Source of the DNA: Bacteroidales bacterium M2
GTDB taxonomy: Bacteria > Bacteroidota > Bacteroidia > Bacteroidales > Muribaculaceae
Assembly (NCBI GenBank): GCA_001689415.1
Contig: LUJM01000014.1
Location: 15,359 to 79,358 of the forward strand
Reading direction: 5' to 3'
Length of the DNA stretch: 64,000 nt
This document shows, piece by piece, positions 20,014 through 28,645 of the stretch. The notes under the pieces were generated by a model that was given only the letters and a program-made list of their open reading frames with translations, had not been told where the DNA came from and did no database searches. The translations under genes were made by a program, and so were the position numbers. How positions within the stretch are numbered: position 1 is the stretch's first letter; every line of letters starts with the position of its first letter.

Positions 20014-20265
20014 TAAAGGCTAAATGATGCATATCCTCTAAAGTGTAACAATTTAACCATGCATAGCCATTTGTATTACTAATGATGTAAATGACTGGCA
20101 ATCGAGGAAGGGTATCTCTATAGTTTGAAGGCTGGCGGAATCATTTCCCCTAAGCCGAAGGTTGGTTGGATTAATTGTTTTTGAGTGCCATGCCTTTTTC
20201 CTGTGTTTTTATTTAAAATGCGTAAGGCGGGGCAATAATCGGCGGTGGGGGGCGTTAGTGTAGTG

Positions 20266-20985
20266 ATGAAGTATTTAAGATTGATTTTGATTGCACTGAC
20301 TGTCGCTGTGGCTTGCGCTCCGGCGGCGGCTCGCGCATTCAACGATAAGCTTCAGAACCGACCATATGCCGACCAGCGAAAATGGCACCTCGGTTTCTCG
20401 ATTGGAGCATACAGCAGCGACCTGCACTTCACTCACAATGGTTTCACCACCGAATCGGGTGAACAGTGGCGTATCGACCAGCCTAATTACCAGCCGGGGT
20501 TTTGCGTCAACGGCCTGTTTGACTGGCGTTTGAACAATTACTTCTCGCTACGTGTGTCGCCGGGCATGTACTTCGGCAGCCGCGACATCACCATGCGCGA
20601 ACTCAACAGCGGCGCAGAGGAGCGACAGAACATCAAATCAACATTCGTAGTCCTGCCCGTCGACATCAAATTTTCCGCCCAGCGCTATCGCAATGCTCGC
20701 CCCTACGTGGTAGGCGGTGTGATGCCGGCATTCGATGTGACAAAGAAGCGAAGCGACTTCCTGCAGCTCAACACCGGCGATTTCTACATCTCGATTGGCT
20801 TCGGCTGCGATTTCTACCTGCCTTATTTCAAGCTGATTCCCGAGCTGAAATTCTGCTTCGGTCTTAGCGATGTGCTCGTACACGACCGTCCCGACCTTTT
20901 CGACGACCCAAACAAGTTTAAATACACACAATCGATCGCCAAGGCGACATCCAAGATGATTGTTCTAACTTTCTACTTCGAATGA
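20266..20985 (+). CDS. porT: T9SS/gliding outer-membrane beta-barrel PorT/SprT
   Basis: NRPYADQRKWHLGF, RYRNARPYVVGG, GFGCDFYLPYFKLIPELKFCFGL, C-terminal FYFE. Confidence 0.9.
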   Translation: MKYLRLILIALTVAVACAPAAARAFNDKLQNRPYADQRKWHLGFSIGAYSSDLHFTHNGFTTESGEQWRIDQPNYQPGFCVNGLFDWRLNNYFSLRVSPGMYFGSRDITMRELNSGAEERQNIKSTFVVLPVDIKFSAQRYRNARPYVVGGVMPAFDVTKKRSDFLQLNTGDFYISIGFGCDFYLPYFKLIPELKFCFGLSDVLVHDRPDLFDDPNKFKYTQSIAKATSKMIVLTFYFE

Positions 20986-21971
20986 TGCGCCTCAAACTCA
21001 TACTTATCACACTCATCGTCCTGGTATCGCAGCAGTTATTTGCTCAGAGCGAGGCAAACATCTCGCAGTATTACGCTGTGCCTACGCTGTTTAACCCTGC
21101 CGCGACAGGCCAGACCGACTTCGTACGCATTCGCGGCGGAGCAAGGCTGCAATGGGTAGGAATCGACAATGCTCCCCGCACATTTATCGGCGCTGCCGAC
21201 ATGCCATTCAAGCTGGGCAACAGCCGCGTGGGCGTGGGTGCGGTGATAAACCAGGAGAGCATCGGCCTCTTTTCGGGCCTCGACCTGGGCATACAGGCAT
21301 CTTACAAACTCCGCAAATGGGGTGGCGTTTGGAGCATCGGCCTGCAGATAGGTTTTCGCGACCAGAGCTTCAAAGGCTCGGAAGTATATCTGCCCGACGG
21401 CGACGAATATCACCAGGGCACCGACGATGCCATACCGACAAGCGACATTCACGGCACAGCATTCGACGGCGCTCTCGGCCTATGGTACGATCACTCCAAA
21501 TTCTACGCGGGACTCTCGTGTACGCACCTCATGTCGCCAACTATCACAATGAATGCCGAAAGCGCCTCGGGGGGCTCGGAAACAAGCAGCGCCAGGCGAT
21601 ACGAATTCAAAACACGGCGCACACTTTATTTCACCGCCGGGTGCAATATTCCAATAAAAAATACGTTATTTGAAATAATGCCATCAATATTGGTAAAGAG
21701 CGACTTTACCTTCAGCACCGGCGAAATCACCGCCCGCGCACGCTACCGCAAGTTCCTCAGCTTCGGCATTGGCTACCGCTGGGACGATGCCGTGATAGCT
21801 ACAGTTGCCGCCGAAATCAAAAATTTCTACATCGGCTACAGCTACGACTACGCTACAAGTGCCATTCGCAGTGCTTCGATGGGAAGCCACGAACTATTCG
21901 TGGGCTACAGCCTTAAACTCGACATGGGCGAGAAAAACCGCAACCGCCACAAGAGCGTGAGGATTATGTAA
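20982..21971 (+). CDS. porP: T9SS PorP/SprF family membrane protein
   Basis: SQYY..PTLFNPAATG, RLQWVGIDNAPRT, IGYSYD, GSHELFVGY; precedes porKLMN. Confidence 0.92.
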   Translation: MMRLKLILITLIVLVSQQLFAQSEANISQYYAVPTLFNPAATGQTDFVRIRGGARLQWVGIDNAPRTFIGAADMPFKLGNSRVGVGAVINQESIGLFSGLDLGIQASYKLRKWGGVWSIGLQIGFRDQSFKGSEVYLPDGDEYHQGTDDAIPTSDIHGTAFDGALGLWYDHSKFYAGLSCTHLMSPTITMNAESASGGSETSSARRYEFKTRRTLYFTAGCNIPIKNTLFEIMPSILVKSDFTFSTGEITARARYRKFLSFGIGYRWDDAVIATVAAEIKNFYIGYSYDYATSAIRSASMGSHELFVGYSLKLDMGEKNRNRHKSVRIM

Positions 21972-22037
21972 GCAATTATATAGCTAATTAGATAAACCAA
22001 TCTCGGGGCCTCGGCTCCACCTTGTGTAAGAATATAT

Positions 22038-23486
22038 ATGAAAAAGATTAGTAACATATTAATACCATTGACCATAGCGGTGATGATTGCATCTTGCGCT
22101 ACCGGAGGCTCTCGCGGTTCTGCCGGAGGTGAGGTAACCGGTGTGGGTGCTACATCGTGGGCCGAGCCTACGCCTTACGGAATGGTGCTCGTCGACAGGG
22201 GTTCGATGAAAGTCGGTGTAAACAAGGCCGACTCGTTATGGAACCTGCAGGCTGATGCAAGAGGAATCAGTGTCGACGGTTTCTGGATGGACGAGACCGA
22301 GATTACAAACGGCAAGTACAAGCAATTTGTATTCTGGGTTCGCGACAGCATCATACGCGAGCGTCTTGCCGACCCGGCATACGGGGGTAACGAAGATTTC
22401 AAAATCGAGGAAGACCGCGAAGGAAACCCTGTGACACCTCACCTCAACTGGAACAAGGCTATTCCTTGGCGCAACCCGAACGAGGATGAGCAGCGTGCAA
22501 TCGAAAGCGTATATCGCACAAACCCAATTACAGGTGTACGCGAACTCGACCCCAACCAGCTCAACTACCGATACGAAGTATACAACCACACCGAGGCTGC
22601 ACGCCGACGCAACCGCCTCGAGCCCGAACGTCGCGACTACAACACCGACCGTCGCAACGTGCAGCGCGTTGAACCCACAATCTCGAAAGATACCGCATGG
22701 ATTGACGAAGAAGGCCAAATCCGACGCCAGACAATACAGCGACAGCTAACCGGCCCATACGACTTCCTAAATACATATATCGTGAATGTTTACCCCGACA
22801 CAACAGCCTGGGTCAACGACTTCGAAAACGCATACAACGAGCCATATGTACGCATGTACTTCGCTCACGGCGGCTACAACGACTATCCAGTGGTAGGCGT
22901 GAGCTGGGAACAGGCAAACGCATTTGCTAACTGGCGCACCGAATTCCTTCGCCGTTCGCTCGGCAAAGAAGGCGTATATGTAGAGCCATACCGTCTGCCC
23001 ACCGAGGCCGAATGGGAATATGCTGCCCGAGCCGGTGTAAACGAGAACATGTACCCTTGGGACGGAGATCTGACTATGAGCGAGGACAAAGGATGCTTCT
23101 ACGCAAACTTCAAACCTGCTGAGGGTAATTACGTTCGCGACGGTCATGTGATAACTTCTCGGGTAGGCACATACGCGCCAAACGATTTCGGTCTCTACGA
23201 TATGGCGGGTAACGTGAGCGAATGGACCTCTACCGCATTTACCGAAAGTGTAGGCCGACTTACGAGCGACCTCAACCCCGAATACCGATACAACGCTGCC
23301 GAAGAAGACCCCTACAAGATGAAACGTAAAATCATTCGTGGCGGCTCGTGGAAAGACGTGGCTCACAATGTGCGCTCCGACCTGCGTATGTGGGAGTATC
23401 AAAACGAACAACGATCTTATATCGGATTCCGCTGCGTGCGTTCGCAGATTGGATTCGCTAAAGGACAGAAACAAAATAAAAAATAA
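22038..23486 (+). CDS. porK: T9SS ring lipoprotein PorK/GldK
   Basis: Lipobox IASC; FWMDETEITN, YPVVGVSWEQA, RLPTEAEWEYAAR, GLYDMAGNVSEW, IGFRCV. Confidence 0.95.
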   Translation: MKKISNILIPLTIAVMIASCATGGSRGSAGGEVTGVGATSWAEPTPYGMVLVDRGSMKVGVNKADSLWNLQADARGISVDGFWMDETEITNGKYKQFVFWVRDSIIRERLADPAYGGNEDFKIEEDREGNPVTPHLNWNKAIPWRNPNEDEQRAIESVYRTNPITGVRELDPNQLNYRYEVYNHTEAARRRNRLEPERRDYNTDRRNVQRVEPTISKDTAWIDEEGQIRRQTIQRQLTGPYDFLNTYIVNVYPDTTAWVNDFENAYNEPYVRMYFAHGGYNDYPVVGVSWEQANAFANWRTEFLRRSLGKEGVYVEPYRLPTEAEWEYAARAGVNENMYPWDGDLTMSEDKGCFYANFKPAEGNYVRDGHVITSRVGTYAPNDFGLYDMAGNVSEWTSTAFTESVGRLTSDLNPEYRYNAAEEDPYKMKRKIIRGGSWKDVAHNVRSDLRMWEYQNEQRSYIGFRCVRSQIGFAKGQKQNKK

Positions 23487-23556
23487 CGACGACATGCGGT
23501 AAAACCGGATCCGTATATCACCGGGCCCGGCCGAACTAAAGAAATTATAGTACACA

Positions 23557-24468
23557 ATGGGAAAAATCAAGACATACAAAAGCGTTATCGGCACCTTTAT
23601 CAGTAGCGAGAACGGCCAGCGCTTTTTCAACTTTGCCTACTCTATCGGCGCCGCAATCGTAATCTGGGGTGCACTGTTCAAGATATTGCATCTCCCCGGA
23701 GGCAATGCTCTACTTTCAATCGGTATGGGTACCGAGGTGCTCATGTTCGTGCTAACAGCTTTCGACCGTCCTCCTAAAGAATATAAATGGGAAGACGTGT
23801 TCCCTGCTCTGCGCGGCGAAGAAGATGCCGAGGTTCGCGGAGGCATCAGCGGTGTAGCCGGTGCTTCTGCAGGCCCTGTTCAGGCAGGTAGCGCTCAAGC
23901 CGGACCGGTCGACATCAACGCGTCACAGGTTCAATCCTTTGCCTCGACCACACAGCAATGCCTCGACCAAATGGCAGCTCTTGCCGTAGAGATGCAGCAA
24001 CTCCACTCCACAACTGCCGCCCTCAACCAAGTATCGGCAACCCTGCTCGACAGTTATCGCGCTATTACCGAGAACTCCGAAGGCATCAGCCGCAGCTCGG
24101 CAGGATATGTAGAGCAGATGTCGGCACTGCACCAGAACCTCGGAGGACTCAACACTATCTACGAGCTACAGCTACGCAGCGTTTCTTCGCAAATCGACGC
24201 TATCGACCGCGTGAACCGCGGCATCAAGGATATCCGCGACATGTACGAAAAGAGCGCCAACCAGAGCGCCCGCTACTGCGAGGAAACAGAAAAAATGGCT
24301 CGCTACATGCAGCAGCTCAACAGCATCTACGAGCGTATGATACAAGCAATGACCGTAAACATGTACCGTCCGGCAAATATGCCCGACCTCGGTGGTATCG
24401 ATATAAACAGCGACATCCACAACGGTGTTTCGCACCAGGCGCCGGTACAGCAGCAGGCAAACGTCTAA
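23557..24468 (+). CDS. porL: T9SS motor subunit PorL/GldL
   Basis: AYSIGAAIVIWGALFKILH...GMGTEVLMF, YKWEDVFP, LNSIYERMIQAM. Confidence 0.95.
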   Translation: MGKIKTYKSVIGTFISSENGQRFFNFAYSIGAAIVIWGALFKILHLPGGNALLSIGMGTEVLMFVLTAFDRPPKEYKWEDVFPALRGEEDAEVRGGISGVAGASAGPVQAGSAQAGPVDINASQVQSFASTTQQCLDQMAALAVEMQQLHSTTAALNQVSATLLDSYRAITENSEGISRSSAGYVEQMSALHQNLGGLNTIYELQLRSVSSQIDAIDRVNRGIKDIRDMYEKSANQSARYCEETEKMARYMQQLNSIYERMIQAMTVNMYRPANMPDLGGIDINSDIHNGVSHQAPVQQQANV

Positions 24469-24491
24469 TCTTAAATGTAAGAGTCAGATAA

Positions 24492-26057
24492 ATGGGAGCT
24501 AATACAAACAGGCTTTCGCCTCGTCAGAAGATGATCAACCTTATGTACATCGTTCTGACGGCTATGCTGGCGCTCAACGTTTCGAGCGACGTGCTCGACG
24601 GCTTTACGCAGGTGCACGAGGGCCTAAACCGCTCCAACACCAACTATGGCCAGCGAAACAACGCTATTTACGGCGAACTCGAATCGCTGGCAGCGAAAAA
24701 CCCCGACAAGGCGACTGCGTGGCTCGAAAAGGCCAACGCTGTCCGCAACCGAACTGCCGAGCTATACAACTACGTCGATACTCTCAAGCAGGCGATTGTA
24801 GAAAAAGCCGACGGCGATGATGCAAATGTTTTCGACATCAAAAACCGCGACGACCTCGAATCTGCCGCCGTTGTGATGCTTGCCCCGGGAAATCCCCGAG
24901 GTGCTCTCCTTCGCAACAAAATCGACGACTACTGCGCTTTCGTCACAGCATTCATACCCGACACGACCAAGCGAGCCACTATCGCTGAGGCCCTTTCTAC
25001 CGCTTCGGTAACACGTCGCGGCACTCTCGCACCTCAGGCTTGGGAAGAAGCTAAATTCGACCAGCAGCCTGTCGTTGCTGCCGTGACAATCCTCGCTAAG
25101 CTGCAGAGCGACATACTATATGCCGAGGGCGAGGCTCTGAACTCGCTCCTTAGCCAGGTCGACGCCGGCGACGTAAGGGTAAACGAACTATCAGCCTATG
25201 TGATGCCTCAGTCGCGACTGGTGATGCGCGGCAGCAAATACTCGGCAAATATCGTGCTTGCGGCTGTAGATACCACCCAGCGCCCGCAGGTCTTCATTGA
25301 GGGCAAACAGCTCGCAAACGACCGCGGACTCTACGAAGTAGCCACAGGCTCCACAGGCGACTTCACCTACAAGGGATGGCTCGAGGTCCCCAACCCCGAC
25401 GGCAGCACTACACGACGCGACTTCACTTCATCGTACACCGTAATCGAGCCTATGGCCACTGTATCGGCTACGATGATGAATGTTCTCTACGCCGGTATCG
25501 ACAACCCCGTGAGCATTTCAGTGCCGGGCGTTGCAATGGGCGATATATCAGCCTCGATGACAAACGGCTCACTCACTCGCCAGGGCGACCATTGGATAGC
25601 ACGTCCGGGGCAGGTTGGCAGCGATGCCACTGTCACAGTAACAGCCAACATGGACGGCAAACCGGTTCAAATGGCTCAGACAAAATTCCGTGTTCGCAAG
25701 CTCCCCGACCCGACTCCGTTTATAGCATTCAAAGACGCATCAGGTAATACCGACCACTACCGTGGCGGCAAACCATTCAAAAAAGCTCTGCTCCTTGCCT
25801 CTCCCGGCCTCGAGGCTGCTATCGACGACGGTTTGCTCGATACTCCGTTTACAGTAGAGAGCTTCGAAACTGTATTCTTCGATTCTTCGGGCAACGCGAT
25901 GCCGGAAGTAAGCAACGGATCGCAGTTCTCGCAGCGACAGAAACAGCAGTTCCAGCGTCTTGGACGAGGCAAACGATTCTACATTTCCAGAATTCGTGCC
26001 AAAGGCCCCGACGGACTTACCCGCGACCTTTCGCCAATGGAGGTCATAATCAACTAA
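24492..26057 (+). CDS. porM: T9SS motor subunit PorM/GldM
   Basis: SPRQKMINLMYIVLTAMLALNVS, MNVLYAGIDNPVSISVPG, FRVRKLPDP. Confidence 0.97.
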   Translation: MGANTNRLSPRQKMINLMYIVLTAMLALNVSSDVLDGFTQVHEGLNRSNTNYGQRNNAIYGELESLAAKNPDKATAWLEKANAVRNRTAELYNYVDTLKQAIVEKADGDDANVFDIKNRDDLESAAVVMLAPGNPRGALLRNKIDDYCAFVTAFIPDTTKRATIAEALSTASVTRRGTLAPQAWEEAKFDQQPVVAAVTILAKLQSDILYAEGEALNSLLSQVDAGDVRVNELSAYVMPQSRLVMRGSKYSANIVLAAVDTTQRPQVFIEGKQLANDRGLYEVATGSTGDFTYKGWLEVPNPDGSTTRRDFTSSYTVIEPMATVSATMMNVLYAGIDNPVSISVPGVAMGDISASMTNGSLTRQGDHWIARPGQVGSDATVTVTANMDGKPVQMAQTKFRVRKLPDPTPFIAFKDASGNTDHYRGGKPFKKALLLASPGLEAAIDDGLLDTPFTVESFETVFFDSSGNAMPEVSNGSQFSQRQKQQFQRLGRGKRFYISRIRAKGPDGLTRDLSPMEVIIN

Positions 26058-26088
26058 GATTTATCTTAAGATAATTAATAATAATACG

Positions 26089-27222
26089 ATGCACAAGATA
26101 TTGAGAATAAGCCTTGCGGCCATTGCCCTGTTACTACTTGGCAGCGAACTTTGCGCCCAGGAACAAAGCCAGGGCAGCGTAGTACGCCGTGGCGGACGCG
26201 AACGAAAAACCGAGCAGCAGGACGGTTCGCAGGTTACACAGCGCATGCAGAGCTTCTACTCCGACAAGGACGAGTCGATTAGCGATGCCGACAGGCAGTG
26301 GATGCGTGTGATTTACCGTTCCATTGACCTCGACAAGGATAAAAACGCCGCGCTATATTTCCCCGAAGAACCGATAGAAGGACAGGAAAACCTGTTCCGC
26401 ATCATCATGCGCCTGCTGGCCAACAATACCATACCGGCATACGAATATCTCGACGGCCGCGAAATCTTCACCGACCAGTACCGCATCAAGACCCGCGACG
26501 TACTCGACAGGTTCTACATACCCTACACCGAGGCCAAGGGTTCTACCGAAAAGAATCCGCGCTTCACTATCGACCCAAGCGACGTTCCTACTAACGAGGT
26601 CCTGTCGTACTACGTGGTCGAGCGTTGGGAGTTCGATACCCGCCACAACCGTCTGAGGCCTGTAGTCGAAGCCATTTGCCCGGTATTGCATCGTTCCGGC
26701 GATTTTGGCGGAGACGCGCTAAAATACCCCATGTTCTGGGTCAAGTTCTCCGACCTGAGGCCATATCTTGCTGCTCAGGCAATTTTTGTCGACGACGACA
26801 ACAACCTGCCAACATGCAGCTACGACGACTTCTTCACCCTCAACATGTACGACGGCGACATCTACAAGACCCGCAACCTCAAAAACAAATCGATGGTGCA
26901 GCAGTATCCTGACCCCGACGCTCTAAAACGCGCTCAGGACAGCATACAGAGCCGTCTCGACAACTTCGAATCGAAGCTCTGGGTTCCAACCCGCGAAGAG
27001 GTTATCGCTGCTCGCGAAGCTCGTGAAGCTCTCGAGGCCGGTGCCGACAGCACTGAAGTCGCCAAAGCTACAGAAAAGACTTCGAATACGCGTGCCACTC
27101 GTCGTTCGGCAAAGCGCTCGGCAAAAGCTCCTAAAGAAAAGAAGGTAAAAGAAAGCAAACCGAAAGAAATCAAAAGTTCATCGTCTTCTAACGCTGCCCG
27201 TTCGGTACGCCGCCGTCGCTGA
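26089..27222 (+). CDS. porN: T9SS ring protein PorN/GldN
   Basis: WMRVIYRSIDL...NAALYFP, ERWEFD, PMFWV; basic C-terminal tail. Confidence 0.93.
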   Translation: MHKILRISLAAIALLLLGSELCAQEQSQGSVVRRGGRERKTEQQDGSQVTQRMQSFYSDKDESISDADRQWMRVIYRSIDLDKDKNAALYFPEEPIEGQENLFRIIMRLLANNTIPAYEYLDGREIFTDQYRIKTRDVLDRFYIPYTEAKGSTEKNPRFTIDPSDVPTNEVLSYYVVERWEFDTRHNRLRPVVEAICPVLHRSGDFGGDALKYPMFWVKFSDLRPYLAAQAIFVDDDNNLPTCSYDDFFTLNMYDGDIYKTRNLKNKSMVQQYPDPDALKRAQDSIQSRLDNFESKLWVPTREEVIAAREAREALEAGADSTEVAKATEKTSNTRATRRSAKRSAKAPKEKKVKESKPKEIKSSSSSNAARSVRRRR

Positions 27223-27241
27223 CAGTCGTACTACAATATCA

Positions 27242-27282
27242 CAGGGTCATCAGGCTGTCAAGCCTTGGTGGCCCTGAAATTT
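27242..27282 (+). terminator. Probable terminator after porN
   Basis: CAGGGTCATCAGGCT/AGCCTTGGTGGCCCTG stem; weak T tail. Confidence 0.55.
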
Positions 27283-27413
27283 ATAGGTACAATATTCGTT
27301 TCGCAGACTTCGGCCTGCGGAACCAAATATCTTGGGTTTCAACAATTTCTACCTGTCGGAGGTCTTATTTATAGTTTGCAAACCTCTTACAAGGTAATAA
27401 AACTGACATAAAC

Positions 27414-28565
27414 ATGACCAAATCACTTGTATCGCTTGCCTTGGGCACTTTTACACTCGGTATAGCCGAGTTTACTATGATGGGCATACTTGGCGATGTA
27501 GCCTCAAACCTCGACATAAGCATCGCCCAGGCCGGACATCTCATCTCGGCCTATGCCCTCGGCGTGGCTATCGGCGCTCCGATGCTGATATTCCTTCGTA
27601 AATGGCCGCTCAAACGCGTATTGCTTCTTCTGGCAGCTCTTATCGTTGTCGGAAATACCGCTGCGGCTCTGTCCCCGGGCTACGCTATGCTGCTAATTGC
27701 TCGATTTGTTTCCGGGCTGCCTCATGGTGCTTTCTTCGGTACAGGAGCTATCGTTTGTTCAAAACTCGCCGGGCAGGGACGCGGAGCCGAGGCTGTAGCA
27801 GTAATGGTGGGCGGCATGACTGTGGCAAATGTAATAGGCGTACCGGCAGCCACATACGTAACCACGGCTTTGTCGTGGCGAATTGCATTTGCTATTGTCG
27901 CCTTCTTCGGCCTCACGGCTTTTGCCGGCATACGTGTATGGATGCCATATCTGCAGCCACTGCCCGATACCGGCCTCAAAGGGCAATTCCGCTTCCTCAA
28001 GAGCCTCGCGCCGTGGCTAATATACGCCGGGGTATTCTTTGGTCAGATGAGCGTGTATTGCTATTTCAGCTATGTAGAGCCTGTCATGACCGAGCTCACA
28101 GGATTCACAATGTCGGATATGACTTGGATTATGGTGCTTGCCGGTACAGGTATGGTTACAGGCAACATCCTCGCGGGCAAACTCGCCGACAAATTCGGTG
28201 CTGCTAAGATTTCGGCAAGTATTGCGGTAGTGATTCTCGTGATAATGCCGTGTATCTACTTCTTTGTTAATGACAAAATAGTATCGCTGGCATTGCTCTT
28301 CATCGCCACGGCATGTTTGTTCGGCATCGGCGGACCGTTGCAATACCTCATAGTCCGATTCGCCAAAGGCGGCGAGATGCTTGGAGGCGCAGGCATACAG
28401 ATTGCTTTCAACGTATCAAATGCCGTTGCGGCTGTCATTGGCGGCATGGCCATAAACCACGGCCTCGGTCTGGCATCTCCGGCCTTAGTCGGTATTCCCG
28501 GCGCTATTATCGCCGCCTCGGCTTTATTCTACATGGTACACCGCTACAAAGAACTGTCGAGATAA
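27414..28565 (+). CDS. MFS transporter, AraJ/DHA1 family
   Basis: SLALGTFTLGIAEF, AGHLISAYALGV, ARFVSGLPHGAFFG, GKLADKFG. Confidence 0.9.
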   Translation: MTKSLVSLALGTFTLGIAEFTMMGILGDVASNLDISIAQAGHLISAYALGVAIGAPMLIFLRKWPLKRVLLLLAALIVVGNTAAALSPGYAMLLIARFVSGLPHGAFFGTGAIVCSKLAGQGRGAEAVAVMVGGMTVANVIGVPAATYVTTALSWRIAFAIVAFFGLTAFAGIRVWMPYLQPLPDTGLKGQFRFLKSLAPWLIYAGVFFGQMSVYCYFSYVEPVMTELTGFTMSDMTWIMVLAGTGMVTGNILAGKLADKFGAAKISASIAVVILVIMPCIYFFVNDKIVSLALLFIATACLFGIGGPLQYLIVRFAKGGEMLGGAGIQIAFNVSNAVAAVIGGMAINHGLGLASPALVGIPGAIIAASALFYMVHRYKELSR

Positions 28566-28576
28566 AGCAACATAGC

Positions 28577-28629
28577 ATAAAACACAGAGAGGATGCAAAG
28601 CAAGGCCGAGCATCCTCTCTGTGTTTTAT
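28577..28629. terminator. Bidirectional terminator
   Basis: Perfect 20-bp inverted repeat ATAAAACACAGAGAGGATGC/GCATCCTCTCTGTGTTTTAT between convergent genes. Confidence 0.85.
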
Positions 28630-28645
28630 GGGGTTGTGAATTCGT

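Noticed and set aside
16200..20140. Terminal repeats or att sites flanking the RM island
   Set aside because: Only a 7-8 nt inverted match (AGCCTTC/GAAGGCT) was seen, which is expected by chance.
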